Position numbers and translations under genes: made by a program. A DNA stretch of 64,000 bases, taken from positions 2,848,001 through 2,912,000 of the forward strand of contig OZ245046.1 of assembly GCA_965224245.1 (NCBI GenBank). The letters run 5' to 3'. Shown piece by piece: positions 37,153-47,191 of this stretch. Source of the stretch: Candidatus Eiseniibacteriota bacterium. GTDB lineage: Bacteria > Eisenbacteria > RBG-16-71-46 > CAZAMP01. Within the stretch, counting starts at the first letter, position 1. The number at the start of each line of letters is the position of its first letter. The notes beneath the pieces were generated by a model. The model searched no databases and was not told the DNA's origin. It was given only the letters and a program-made list of their open reading frames with translations.

Positions 37153-38274
37153 TCACCGGAGCACGTGGATGTTCTTCGCCGCGCAGATTTCCCGCAGGCG
37201 CTCGGGCCAGATCGTGACACTGACCTCGCCCAGATGGGCCTTGCGCAGGAGCTGCATGTACACGCGCGACTGTCCGATCCCCCCGCCGATGCTGAGCGGG
37301 ATCTCGTCGTTCAGGATCATCTGGTGATACGGCATGTCCAGGAAGTGCATCTGCTCGGTGATCTCGAGCTGCTTTCGCAGCGTCTCCTTGGTGACCCGGA
37401 TGCCCATGGACGTCAGCTCGTGGCGCCGCTTCGTGACCGGGTTCCAGACGAGAATGTCCCCGTTCAGCCCGTGCATCGGGCGTCCGTCGACCGAGCGCGT
37501 CTCGGTGACCCAGTCGTCGTAGTCGGCGGCGCGCATCTCGTGGGGATAGCCGTCGGCGAGCGTCCACCCGATGCCGTAGATGAAGACCGCGGGGTGCTCC
37601 TGCAGGATCGCGGTCTCCCGCTGCTTGCGCGGCAGATCCGGGAATCGCGCGAGGAGATCCTCGGCGTGAATGAACGTGAGCTCCTCGGGAAGCGACGGGA
37701 AGCCGGCCAGCTGGGGGTACATCTCGAGCGCCAGCTTCTCGGCCCCGGTCAGGACGCGCCAGATCGCCTTCACGGTGTCGGTGAGAAAGCCCAGGTTGCG
37801 CTGGTCGGCGGTGATGACCTTCTCCCAGTCCCACTGATCCACGTAGGAGCTGTGATCGTGATCCAGGAAGTAGTCCTTGCGCACCGCGCGCATGTCGGTG
37901 CAGAGGCCCTCGCCGACACCGCATCCGTACTGCTCGAGCGCCCACCGTTTCCACTTCGTGACGGCCTGAACGATCTGGGCGTCGATGCGCCTGTCGAGCC
38001 CCAGGCCGGCCGTGAAGTCGATCGGCGTGCGCGAGCCGTCTCGATCGAGGTAGTCGTTCATGCCACTGTCCCGCTCCACGATCAGCGGGCACTGCACCAT
38101 CATCAGGTTCAGCTCGGCGGACAGGTTCTCCTCGATGTACGACTTGACCGCGTAGAGCGCCCGCATCGTCTCGCGCGGGGTCAGGAGCGCCTCGTAGCTC
38201 GTGGGCAGGATCGCGTCGACGGCCTCGTACGTGCTCACGCCCGGCCCGGCGAGGTCGGCCACCTTGCTCGACAT
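37153..38274 (-). CDS. asnA: Aspartate-ammonia ligase (asparagine synthetase A)
   Basis: 'KWKR', 'GEGLCTDMRAVR', 'HSSYVDQWDWEKVI', 'RAADYDDW', 'LNGDIL', 'SMGIRV', 'SIGGGIGQSR'. GGAGG RBS. Confidence 0.95.
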   Translation of the reverse strand: MSSKVADLAGPGVSTYEAVDAILPTSYEALLTPRETMRALYAVKSYIEENLSAELNLMMVQCPLIVERDSGMNDYLDRDGSRTPIDFTAGLGLDRRIDAQIVQAVTKWKRWALEQYGCGVGEGLCTDMRAVRKDYFLDHDHSSYVDQWDWEKVITADQRNLGFLTDTVKAIWRVLTGAEKLALEMYPQLAGFPSLPEELTFIHAEDLLARFPDLPRKQRETAILQEHPAVFIYGIGWTLADGYPHEMRAADYDDWVTETRSVDGRPMHGLNGDILVWNPVTKRRHELTSMGIRVTKETLRKQLEITEQMHFLDMPYHQMILNDEIPLSIGGGIGQSRVYMQLLRKAHLGEVSVTIWPERLREICAAKNIHVLR

Positions 38275-38417
38275 GTAAACCTCCGGGGATGACCGGGAGG
38301 AGTCCCGCCACGGGCGCGGCGAGCCCCGGCCGGTTTTGGAATCAGCCGATCGAGGCTACGCACGCGTCCAGATCGTGACCATCAGGGATTCCCGAATGGG
38401 ACGGCGGGCGAACGGGA

Positions 38418-38801
38418 TCAGCTCGGCGCGGCCAGTGACTGCGCCAGCATGAACGTGTTCCCATCCGGGTCGAAGAACGTGGCCAGTCGGACCATCTCGG
38501 GGATCGTCATCGTGTCCCCGTCGAACCGGACGTCCTTCGCCTCGAGCGCGCGACGCGTGGCGTCGATGTCGGTCACGCCCCAGGTCAGGGTCGCGCCGCC
38601 CTTCACCTCGGGGGTCTCCACCTGGGAGAGCCCGATCGACACGTCGGCCACCGGGGAGGACAGCTCGCACCAGCCCATCTCGTCGACCGAGTACAGCAGC
38701 GTGAAGCCCAGGACGTTTCGATACCACTCGATCGAACGCTGGAGATCGGCGCACTGCATCGCGCACGTGACGTCGCCCTTGAACCCGAGATCCGCGCTCA
38801 T
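38418..38801 (-). CDS. VOC/glyoxalase family protein
   Basis: 'DLQRSIEWYRNVLGF', 'V.DID.....L...V.F', 'FFDPDGN'. Confidence 0.88.
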   Translation of the reverse strand: MSADLGFKGDVTCAMQCADLQRSIEWYRNVLGFTLLYSVDEMGWCELSSPVADVSIGLSQVETPEVKGGATLTWGVTDIDATRRALEAKDVRFDGDTMTIPEMVRLATFFDPDGNTFMLAQSLAAPS

Positions 38802-38834
38802 CCATGACTCCTTTCGGCACGGTGGAATCGGCCC

Positions 38835-39446
38835 TTGAGACTGAAAGTATACTTGATATACTTACACTCGTCAATCGCCCGTGCCCGTCCACGAGGGGGC
38901 GCTCTGGAGGCGCTGTTCCATCATCGCTGGAGCCTGCCGGTGCTCGCCGCGCTCGCCGCCCGGGGCGGCGGGGCGAAGCTCGTCACGCTCCACAGGTCGC
39001 TCGGCGCGAGCCGCGACGCGATCCGGCGCACGCTGGCCGGACTCGTCGCGATCGGTCTGGTCGCCCCGAATCCCGGTTACGGGCACCCCATGCGCCCCGA
39101 ATACGTGCTGACCCCGGCGGGACGCACGATCGCCCCGGCGGCCGCCGCGCTGGCGAACGTCCTCGCCGACACCGACCTCGAGGACGTCGGTCTCCGGAAG
39201 TGGTCCCTCACGGTGCTCGGGGCGGTCGCAGCGGGACAGCGACGGTTCAATCGGCTGCGCGACGCCCTGCCCCGCGTGAGTCCCCGGGCGCTCGCGACGT
39301 CGCTTCGCGACCTCCAGGACGCGGGACTCCTCGACCGCTACCTCGTCGACGCGGATCCACCCCACACCGAGTACGCGCCGACCGCGACCGCCCGTCGGCT
39401 GCTCCCGCTCCTGGACGCGCTGGACGACGCCTGGCACGCGGCGTGA
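38835..39446 (+). CDS. Tandem HxlR-type winged-helix regulator (start uncertain)
   Basis: Two HxlR units: 'RW.LPVL...R.L..L...GLV...EY.LT..G' and 'KWSLTVL...RRFN.L...L..VSPRAL...LR.L...GL..R...PPHTEY'. Confidence 0.8.
   Translation: MRLKVYLIYLHSSIARARPRGGALEALFHHRWSLPVLAALAARGGGAKLVTLHRSLGASRDAIRRTLAGLVAIGLVAPNPGYGHPMRPEYVLTPAGRTIAPAAAALANVLADTDLEDVGLRKWSLTVLGAVAAGQRRFNRLRDALPRVSPRALATSLRDLQDAGLLDRYLVDADPPHTEYAPTATARRLLPLLDALDDAWHAA
38845..38863. promoter_or_regulatory. Inverted repeat AAGTATA-N5-TATACTT, candidate HxlR operator
   Basis: AT-rich palindrome between the divergent VOC and HxlR genes. Confidence 0.6.
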
Positions 39447-39457
39447 TTCGCGGGGCA

Positions 39458-40654
39458 CTAGAGCCCGGTGGAGAGTCCCAGGGGGAAGAACGGCGTGGCG
39501 TCGAAGCTGAGGCCGACCTGCACGTGCCGGTCGCGATCGAGCGACAGGAAGAAGCCGGGCGAGACGTCCCCGATCGACACGAGCCCCGGGTAGACGTTCA
39601 GGCGCACGTGCGCGTCCTCGCGGCGGGACAGGACCAGAGACGCCAGGAGCGAGTTGTTCCGGTCGTAGAAGAGCCCGGCCGACGGGGCGAGGTCCAGTGA
39701 TCGGATGCCGTCGGTCAGGTCGAAGATGTCCTTGGCCTGCCCGCCGAAGCCGAACGAGAACGCGTCACCGTTCTCCCACCGGCGCGAGAAGCCGAGTTCG
39801 CCGTGCGTCCCGAGATGGTAGAAGATGCTCCAGGAGCGTCCGATCGGGTACTTGAGCGCGAAGTTCTGCCCGTGGTTCTCCAGCGCGTTCGTCCGCGGAT
39901 CGTACGAGGCCTGATACGACCACTCGGCCATGTTCAACGTCCGGCCGAAGAAGCGAGCCACCGGGTCGTGGCTGAACAGGAGGATCCCGAGCGGATCGAA
40001 GATGTAGAGGTCGGCGATCGGGTCGGTCGTCCAGCCCACGTAGTCGTCGTTCTCCACGACCTCGTTCACCCCGTGATAGGCCACCATCGTCAGGACGGAC
40101 AGGGACTTCGAGTGCGGGTACCCGTGGTACCGAAACCACTCCTCGATCAGGCGATAGCTCATGCCTCCGCCGATCACGTGCAGGGTGTAGTTGGGCCAGT
40201 AGTGGGCCTTCTTCGTGCTGACGCTGACGGGCAGGATCTCGCGCTCGACGAAGTCGCCCCACCCGTTCGCCTCGATCGCGGAGATGGGATCGGTCAGGTT
40301 TCGCCAGACGTTCTCCAGCCCCGTCTCGTAGTCGACGGCCGAGAGGCGGTTGTCCCGGTTGTCGAAGCTCGTGATCCCGAAGCCGCCGTTGACGATGATG
40401 CGGAGCGGGTGAACCAGCGACTCGCTTCCATAGGGCCGCGCGTCGTAAAAGAAGTAGGGCTTCTCGCCCGCGGGCGGACGGACCGCCGACACCGGGGACC
40501 CGTCGCCCGGGGCCAGCTCCCGGACGCTGACCCCGGCGTCCTCCGACGCGGCGCCCCCGGGGGCCGGGGCCGGTCCGTCGGTGTCCGCGGTGCTGGCGAG
40601 CGGAAGGCAGAGGAGGGCCAGAGACGCCGGCAGAATCCACTGATGAAGCAACAT
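39458..40654 (-). CDS. Secreted/outer-membrane hypothetical protein
   Basis: Signal peptide, aromatic-rich body, beta-strand-like C-terminal half, typical codon usage. Confidence 0.7.
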   Translation of the reverse strand: MLLHQWILPASLALLCLPLASTADTDGPAPAPGGAASEDAGVSVRELAPGDGSPVSAVRPPAGEKPYFFYDARPYGSESLVHPLRIIVNGGFGITSFDNRDNRLSAVDYETGLENVWRNLTDPISAIEANGWGDFVEREILPVSVSTKKAHYWPNYTLHVIGGGMSYRLIEEWFRYHGYPHSKSLSVLTMVAYHGVNEVVENDDYVGWTTDPIADLYIFDPLGILLFSHDPVARFFGRTLNMAEWSYQASYDPRTNALENHGQNFALKYPIGRSWSIFYHLGTHGELGFSRRWENGDAFSFGFGGQAKDIFDLTDGIRSLDLAPSAGLFYDRNNSLLASLVLSRREDAHVRLNVYPGLVSIGDVSPGFFLSLDRDRHVQVGLSFDATPFFPLGLSTGL

Positions 40655-40717
40655 GCGCGGGACTCTAAGGCCACCCGCCCCGCGCTGTCCTCACAAATCG
40701 CGCGTCACCGGATCGTC

Positions 40718-41218
40718 TCAGTCGCCGGCATCCCGATCCGGGCGAGCGGGCGCGTCGGGCGGTGTGACCTCGAGCGGCCCGGCGTGCACGAGCCACGAGT
40801 CGCCGGCGTCGCTCTGCACACGGAGTCGAAGCCGAAACGCGTCGAACTCGGCCAGCTCCTCCGGCGCGCACGGCGCCATCGGGACCCACGTCGTGTCGCG
40901 GCCACCGGGCGCCAGCCGCGTCGGCAGCACGCGGATGCGCGAGCAGTCGGGCTCCTGGACAGCTCGCCAGGTCTCGCCGCGTCGTCCGTCGACGACGAGA
41001 CCGCACGCGATCGAGTACAGGAGCAGGGTCTCGGAGTCGTTGGCCACGACGACCCTCGCCGAATCGCCATACGCGTAGTGTGTCCGATCGGTCGACATCG
41101 TGACCGCCGCGGGCTCGGGCGACTCCTCGCCGCGCGTCGAGGTCGAGATCGCGATCAGCGAGGCCAGCGCCGCGATCCGCCACCCGCGGGTGATCCCGTG
41201 TGGACGACCATGCTCCAT
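40718..41218 (-). CDS. Small secreted Ig-like hypothetical protein
   Basis: GGAGGAG RBS, signal-like N-terminus, 'TDRTHY..GD...V...N', three Cys. Confidence 0.6.
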   Translation of the reverse strand: MEHGRPHGITRGWRIAALASLIAISTSTRGEESPEPAAVTMSTDRTHYAYGDSARVVVANDSETLLLYSIACGLVVDGRRGETWRAVQEPDCSRIRVLPTRLAPGGRDTTWVPMAPCAPEELAEFDAFRLRLRVQSDAGDSWLVHAGPLEVTPPDAPARPDRDAGD

Positions 41219-41369
41219 GACTCCTCCACGGATTCGTCGGAGATCCATCGAACGGACGTCCGAGGCGATCGCCGACCCGACTGCCCTGACAACCGCGGCC
41301 CCGGCCCTGAGTTCCACCCCACACGCTCGCGGGCGTCGGCTCCCTCCGACGGGACCGCGCCCGGCGCGC

Positions 41370-42734
41370 TCAGCCGACCGACTCGCCGCCCGCCGGCGCG
41401 GGCCGGGCGACCGGAACGAAACGAAAGAACAGCCAGCACAGCGCCGTGAACCCGCTGCCGATCAGGACCAGCGGCGCAAAGGCCCCGGCCGCCCCCAGCG
41501 ACTCGGACCAGGACGCGTACAGGCGACCTCCGACGACGCTCGAGGCCGAGACGCTCAGGTTGATCAGCGACATCAACGCCGCGAACACGGTTCCCGCCGA
41601 GGCCGACGGACAGCTCCGGGCCGCGAGGTCCAGCTGCACCAGCGAGGCGAGCAGGTAGAAGAACCCGTACGCCACGCTGATGACGACCGCCGAGACCGGA
41701 CCCGAGAGCGTGAGGTACACGAGCGACGACGCGATCATCAGCGAGATCGACCCGTGCACGAGGATCCGCAGCGGGATGCGCGGCGCGTAGATGCCGTAGA
41801 GGACGCAGGCCACGATCGATCCCACCGAGCTCAGCGTGTACGTCGTCCCCACGAACTGCTCGCTGTAGCCCAGCGTGCTCGTCATGTGCACGTAGAGCAC
41901 GTCCGCCGAGAACGGATTGAAGTTGATCAGGAACAGAAACCCGGCCACGACGAGCACGGCTCGCGTCCGTGCCGCCTCGCGCAGAGCGCTCAGCGAGCGC
42001 GCGATCCCGTCGCGGCGCACGCGATGCACGGGTGCCTCGCCCACGTGCCGGAACGCGATGTAGAGCGTGCCCACGCTCAGCGCGGCGCAGATCAGAAACC
42101 CCACGCGCTGGAGTCCGTGTTCGCTCAGGAACCCGCCGGCGACCCCGGTCAGGAGACCGGCCGTGTACATCGCCGTCCACTGCGCCGACTGTAGCCGGCC
42201 CGTGATCCCCAGCGGCTGTCCGGTGTCGACCATGTAGGCGTCGGTCACGACGTCGGTGAACGCGATCCCGATGCTCGGGAGCACCAGCAGCAGCGCCAGG
42301 AGCGTGGCCGCGCCCGGCGGCAGCGGCAGGAGCGCGGCGCCGACCAGCCCGAGCAGTGACAGCGTGCTGGCCAGGATGAAGTAGCTCTTGCGGCGGTAGC
42401 CCGCGATGGGCAGGAAGTCGGTCAGGAGACCGAAGAGCGGCTTGACGTTCCACGGCATGGCCACGACGAACATGGTGGCCGCGATCTGGTCGGCACCGTG
42501 CCCCCAGGAGCGAAGGAGCGAGCGAACCGGCTGAGACACGAGTCCGGCCGTCGGCTCCGCGGTACCCTGGATGAAGTAGAGCGCCGCGAAGATGACGATC
42601 AGCGTGCGCTGGCGATCCCCGAGTCCGGGCGCACGTACGGTGGGTCGTGTCAGATACGCCTCCGTCCGCCGGTGCCGGAATCGGCCGCGGCGCGAGAGTC
42701 GAGGAGCCGGGCTCGCGGATGTCGTGTCGCGCAT
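41370..42734 (-). CDS. MFS transporter, folate-biopterin (BT1/FBT)-like
   Basis: 'PWNVKPLFGLLTDFLPIAGYRRKSY', 'AFTDVVTDAYMV', 'LQSAQW', ~12 TM segments. Start uncertain. Confidence 0.85.
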   Translation of the reverse strand: MRDTTSASPAPRLSRRGRFRHRRTEAYLTRPTVRAPGLGDRQRTLIVIFAALYFIQGTAEPTAGLVSQPVRSLLRSWGHGADQIAATMFVVAMPWNVKPLFGLLTDFLPIAGYRRKSYFILASTLSLLGLVGAALLPLPPGAATLLALLLVLPSIGIAFTDVVTDAYMVDTGQPLGITGRLQSAQWTAMYTAGLLTGVAGGFLSEHGLQRVGFLICAALSVGTLYIAFRHVGEAPVHRVRRDGIARSLSALREAARTRAVLVVAGFLFLINFNPFSADVLYVHMTSTLGYSEQFVGTTYTLSSVGSIVACVLYGIYAPRIPLRILVHGSISLMIASSLVYLTLSGPVSAVVISVAYGFFYLLASLVQLDLAARSCPSASAGTVFAALMSLINLSVSASSVVGGRLYASWSESLGAAGAFAPLVLIGSGFTALCWLFFRFVPVARPAPAGGESVG

Positions 42735-42872
42735 TGTAGGCCAATCCGTGCCCGAGGCGGAGCGCCGCGATCCGAACACGCACCGGCCGGCGCCCGCCGC
42801 TCGCGCAACCCGGCGGCCGGCGGTACCGTACCCCGTGGCTGGTCGCGATCCCCAGAGCCGACGCGAGGACGC

Positions 42873-43673
42873 ATGCCCGAGCTCGTCGCCAATCTCATCC
42901 GGTACGAACCCCACGAGCACATGACCCCTCACGTGGATGGGTGCCGGCGCCTCAGCGTCGTGGTCGCGGGCTCGCTCTCCGAGTCGGACTCCGCCCGGGT
43001 CGAGCACGCCACCGTCGGCAGCACCGCACTGAAGGCGCCGGGCTTCGTCCACCACAACCGGTTCGGCCACGAGGGGGCGATCGTCGTGTCCGCCGTGCTT
43101 CCCGACGGTGCGGTCGCGCGGCTCGGACATCGGGCCGGTACCCTGGCGGACTGGCGGTGGCACCACTCCGGCGAGGCCCGGCTCCTGGGGCTCCGGCTCG
43201 CCGCCGCCCTCAGGCTGGGTGACACACGCACCGCCGCCAGCGCGCTCCACGCCGTGCTCTCGACGTTCGCCCGGTCCGCTTCCTCGCCCTCGCCCGCCTC
43301 GGCGCCGGTCCCCGCCGTCGTGCGGCGTGTTCGGGACTCGCTACGCACCGATCCCCTGGCCGCGCCGAGCGTGGCGGAGATGGCGCGGCACGAGGACGTC
43401 CACCCCGTCTCGCTGTGCCGGGCCTTCCACCGTCACGTGGGATGCTCGATCACCCGCTATCGTCAGCGCCGCCGCGTTGCGGCCGCGGCACGCGAGCTGA
43501 TCGCGGGCCGTGCGCTGGTGGACGTCGCGTTCGATCTGGGCTTCTCGGACCTGAGCCATCTGACGCGCGTGTTCCGGCGCGAGCTGGGGTTTCCGCCCGG
43601 CGCCTTCCGCCGCGCGCTGGCCGACGCCGGTCGGTTCGATTCGTTCAAGACCGAGTGGGCGCTCGCGATCTAA
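42873..43673 (+). CDS. AraC-family transcriptional regulator
   Basis: Cupin-like N-terminus and 'VHPVSLCRAFHRHVG...VAFDLGFSDLSHLTRVFRRELGFPPG.FR'. Confidence 0.9.
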   Translation: MPELVANLIRYEPHEHMTPHVDGCRRLSVVVAGSLSESDSARVEHATVGSTALKAPGFVHHNRFGHEGAIVVSAVLPDGAVARLGHRAGTLADWRWHHSGEARLLGLRLAAALRLGDTRTAASALHAVLSTFARSASSPSPASAPVPAVVRRVRDSLRTDPLAAPSVAEMARHEDVHPVSLCRAFHRHVGCSITRYRQRRRVAAAARELIAGRALVDVAFDLGFSDLSHLTRVFRRELGFPPGAFRRALADAGRFDSFKTEWALAI

Positions 43674-43724
43674 GGTATCGCGAGCGTAGGCCAGATCGAA
43701 CCGACCTGAAGCCGGTCTCCATCC

Positions 43725-45302
43725 ATGCGACCCGCGGGGATCTCCATGAACTCGATACCGTCTCCGGCCACCGCGCCCCTTCGTGTGCTCGTCGCCCTTT
43801 GTACCGCGTCGATGCTCGTGACCGCCGCCGCGTCCGGCGCTCACCGACCGCCGTCGGACGCCGCGCGGTTCGCCGCCGATGCGGACGCCTGGATCACCGA
43901 TGCACTGACCCGCCTCGAGGTCGTGCCCGGGCTGGTCCTCGCGGTGGTCGTCGACGACCAGACCGTGCTCGCGCAGGGCTTCGGGCTCGCCGACCTCGAG
44001 CACGATGTCGACGCCACCTCGGACACCGTGTACTACATCGCATCCGCCACGAAGTCGTTCACGGCCCTGGCGGCGGCCATCCTCGACGCGCGCGGCGAGA
44101 TCGACCTCGCGTCGTCGCTGGCGAGCCACCTCGACGGCGTGGAGATGGCTCCCGAGCTCGTCCCGGATCGGGTGACGCTGACCGATCTCCTGACGCACAC
44201 GTCGGGTATCGACAACTCGCCGATCGCGTTCCGGCTCGCGTACACCGGCCAGCACGACCCCGACCTCCTGTGGCGACTCCTGGCGTCCAGCACGCCCACC
44301 GAGGATGCACCGCTGGGGACGTTCCGCTACACGAACGTGGGGTACAACATCCTCGGGATGATCCTCGACCGGGAGACCGGCATGCGCTGGCAGGATCAGC
44401 TGGCGGCGACGATCTTCGAGCCGCTCGGCATGGCGCGCACGACCGCGTACGCATCCCGGCCCGTCGCCGGGGGATGGCCGCGGGCCATGCCCTACGTCGG
44501 CGTCGTTCCCGGGGGGCCGGAACGCATTCCGCTCGAGAAGGCCGACGAGACCATGCAGTCGGCCGGGGGCATGATGACGACGGCCCGGGACCTCGCGCGG
44601 TGGCTCACGTTTCAGATCAACCTCGGTCGGCTCGACGGGCGACCGATCGTCGACGCCGACGTGGTCCGGAGAACCCACGAGCCCCTGGTGGCCACCGGCG
44701 AAGAGGGCCGCCCGCCGTTCGGCCAGACCGCGTACGGGCTGGGCTGGTCACACGGCGCGCTTCACGACCACCGGGTCCTGCACCACTCCGGCGGATTTCC
44801 CGGCTTCCGCTCGCTGGTGTCGTTCATGCCGGACGATCGCGTGGGGGTCGCGGTTCTCGTCAACGAGGGATCCATCGGCTTCCGGCTCGCGGACGTGGTC
44901 GGCGTCTGGGCCTACGAGTGGTGGCTCGACGTACCGGCCGGGGAACGGACGGCGTCCGGCGACGCCGACGCGCTCGTGGCTCGACGTGCCCAGCTCGTCG
45001 AGCGCGTGGCCGCCGATCGAGCCAAGCGGGCCGCGCGTACCTGGGCGCTCTCACGCCCGCTGGGCGACTACGTCGGGCGCTACGCGAACTCGCTGTACGG
45101 GACGGTCGAGATCGGCGAGCACGAGGGTCGCCTGAACGTCCGCCTCGGGAACCTCTCCTGTGTCTCCGAGCCGTACGAGAGGCCCGAGACGATGCGCGTC
45201 GAGCTCGTGCCGGGCAGTGGGCGCGTCCTTCGGTTCGAGCCGGAGACCGGTCCCGTGGAGCGCATCCAGCTCGACGGCGACACGTACGAGCGGGTCGACT
45301 GA
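43725..45302 (+). CDS. Secreted serine hydrolase (AmpC/beta-lactamase family) with DUF3471-like C-terminus
   Basis: SxxK 'IASATKSF', 'LLTHTSG', YxN 'FRYTN', 'HSGG', 'YVGRYANSLYG'. Confidence 0.9.
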   Translation: MRPAGISMNSIPSPATAPLRVLVALCTASMLVTAAASGAHRPPSDAARFAADADAWITDALTRLEVVPGLVLAVVVDDQTVLAQGFGLADLEHDVDATSDTVYYIASATKSFTALAAAILDARGEIDLASSLASHLDGVEMAPELVPDRVTLTDLLTHTSGIDNSPIAFRLAYTGQHDPDLLWRLLASSTPTEDAPLGTFRYTNVGYNILGMILDRETGMRWQDQLAATIFEPLGMARTTAYASRPVAGGWPRAMPYVGVVPGGPERIPLEKADETMQSAGGMMTTARDLARWLTFQINLGRLDGRPIVDADVVRRTHEPLVATGEEGRPPFGQTAYGLGWSHGALHDHRVLHHSGGFPGFRSLVSFMPDDRVGVAVLVNEGSIGFRLADVVGVWAYEWWLDVPAGERTASGDADALVARRAQLVERVAADRAKRAARTWALSRPLGDYVGRYANSLYGTVEIGEHEGRLNVRLGNLSCVSEPYERPETMRVELVPGSGRVLRFEPETGPVERIQLDGDTYERVD

Positions 45303-45344
45303 CGACGGCGTGAAGGAACCGGTGCGAACGGTGGCGCCCGCGCC

Positions 45345-45668
45345 TCACCCCGGCGGCGCGCCGGCCACCACGCGGGTTCCGGGATCGGCGAACTCGGCCA
45401 AGCACGCATGATGGAAGCTGGTCCGGAACTCCACGATCTCCACGCGAGCCGCACCGGCGCGCACGAACGGGTCGAGCGCCATGATCTCCTCCAGCTCGGC
45501 GCGACCGGGGGCCCTGGCGAGGATGACCCCGCCCTCGCGCGGCACGCGTCGCCCGGACGCGACGAATACGCCTCTCCGTTAGCACTCGTGCAGGAACCGC
45601 ACGTGTGCGGGCATCAGCGCATCGATCGTGTCGAGTGGCTCGACGTAGTGCAACAGAACCACGAACAT
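45345..45668 (-). pseudogene. YciI-family gene interrupted by in-frame TAA
   Basis: GAGGAGG RBS; MFVVLLHYVEPLDTIDALMPAHVRFLHEC*RRGVFVASGRRVPREGGVILA...DPF, with TAA at 45579-45581. Confidence 0.8.
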
Positions 45669-45800
45669 GACGCCTCCTCGTGAACGCCCCCGGGCTCGCG
45701 ACTCCAGTCGCGCCGCGACGCCGGTCGCGCCGCCGGCGATGGACTGCTAATGTCGACCGACACCGCCGCGCCGCGACCAACCCGGACCCAGGGGGATCCC

Positions 45801-47060
45801 ATGCGTCCCGACGTCACGCGAGCGCTGGCGCGCTCGACCGGTCTCGTGGCGGCGATCACGCTCGTCGTCGTCACGGCGGCCGCCGACACGATCCTCGTCG
45901 ACCCCGACGGCACCGGAGACCACGCCACCATCCAGGCCGCGATCGACGCCTCGTCCGACGGGGATGTGATCGAGCTGGGCGACGGCGTGTTCTCGGGCCC
46001 CGGCAACCGCGACCTCGACCCCGGTGGCCGGGCGATCACGATCCGCTCCCGCTCCGGGGACGCTGCCGCATGCGTGATCCGCTGCGACGGAACCGCACTC
46101 GAGCCCCATCGCGGCTTTCATGTCCAGAACGCCGAGACCGGCACCACCCGGATCGAGCGGCTCACGATCCGGGGCGGGCACGCGGCCGGGGCCGGCCCCA
46201 CCGGTTCTGGAGGCGCGATCCTGTGCCAGTCCACCTCGCCCGCCATCGCGGGCTGCGTGTTCGACTCGAACCACGGAAACGTCTTCGGAGGTGCACTCTA
46301 TCTCATCGCGTCCCGCTCGACGATCGACGGGTGCACGTTCCGTGACAATCAGGGGGCCGACATGGCCGGCGCGGTCTACTGCTCGTCCGGCTCCGAGGCG
46401 TCGATCCGGGACTGCGTCTTCGAGACCAACACCGCCAACGTGTACGGAGGCGCGATTCGCTGCTCGTCGGAGTCCGGCGCGGTGATCGAGAGATGCGTGT
46501 TCATCGGAAACACCGCGTTCACGTCGGGCGGCGCGCTCTACTGCTCGTCGAGCTCGAGCGTGACCGTTCGCGACTGCGTGTTCGTAAACAACCTCTCCAG
46601 CGAGGGAGGCGCCATCGCGTGCGATGCGTCCTCACCGGCGGTGGAGCGCTCCACGTTCCACCGCAACCGCGCCACCACCGGCGGTGCGATCTTCCTGAGG
46701 TCGGCGTCCTCGCTCACGCTGAACGCGTCGATCATCGTCTCCACGCTCTACGGCGGAGCGGTGGCCTGCGACGACCCGGGGATCAGCCTGCCGGTCCTGA
46801 CCTGCACGGACGTGTTCGACAACGGCGGCGGCGACTGGACCGGCTGTATCGCCGATCAGGCCGCGATCGACGGCAACCGCTCCGAGGATCCGCAGTTCTG
46901 CTCGACCGATCCGGCGGCCGACGGCAACTGGACCCTCCAGGACGATTCCCCGTGCGCGGCCGGCCCGTGCGGCGTCATCGGCGCAGGGGCCGTGGCCTGC
47001 GGCTCGACCCCCGTACGTAGAGCCAGCTGGAGCCGCGTCAAGGACATCGAATGGCGTTGA
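45801..47060 (+). CDS. Secreted right-handed beta-helix (Pmp-like GGA(I/L)/FxxN repeat) protein with C-terminal 'SWSRVK' motif
   Basis: 'DGTGDHATIQAAID', repeated 'C.F..N....GGA..C', 'DPQFC', 'SPC', ends TPVRRASWSRVKDIEWR. Confidence 0.85.
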   Translation: MRPDVTRALARSTGLVAAITLVVVTAAADTILVDPDGTGDHATIQAAIDASSDGDVIELGDGVFSGPGNRDLDPGGRAITIRSRSGDAAACVIRCDGTALEPHRGFHVQNAETGTTRIERLTIRGGHAAGAGPTGSGGAILCQSTSPAIAGCVFDSNHGNVFGGALYLIASRSTIDGCTFRDNQGADMAGAVYCSSGSEASIRDCVFETNTANVYGGAIRCSSESGAVIERCVFIGNTAFTSGGALYCSSSSSVTVRDCVFVNNLSSEGGAIACDASSPAVERSTFHRNRATTGGAIFLRSASSLTLNASIIVSTLYGGAVACDDPGISLPVLTCTDVFDNGGGDWTGCIADQAAIDGNRSEDPQFCSTDPAADGNWTLQDDSPCAAGPCGVIGAGAVACGSTPVRRASWSRVKDIEWR

Positions 47061-47191
47061 ACGAACGCTCGCGTGCCCGGCCGGATCCCCGCGGCACGTC
47101 GGGGGGATGTGCTACGATCGACGGCCGCGCCACCGGCGGGCGGGCGTGTAGCCCCCGCACGAGACGCGACGCCACCGGGGAGTGATCACAC

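Noticed and set aside
41370-43250. 626-aa MFS ORF as a fusion protein
   Set aside because: The N-terminal ~170 aa overlap the AraC gene antisense; the true start is near 42650-42734.
43725-45302. True beta-lactam resistance gene
   Set aside because: HSG instead of KTG and the DUF3471-like tail fit the broad serine hydrolase/peptidase group; resistance cannot be claimed.
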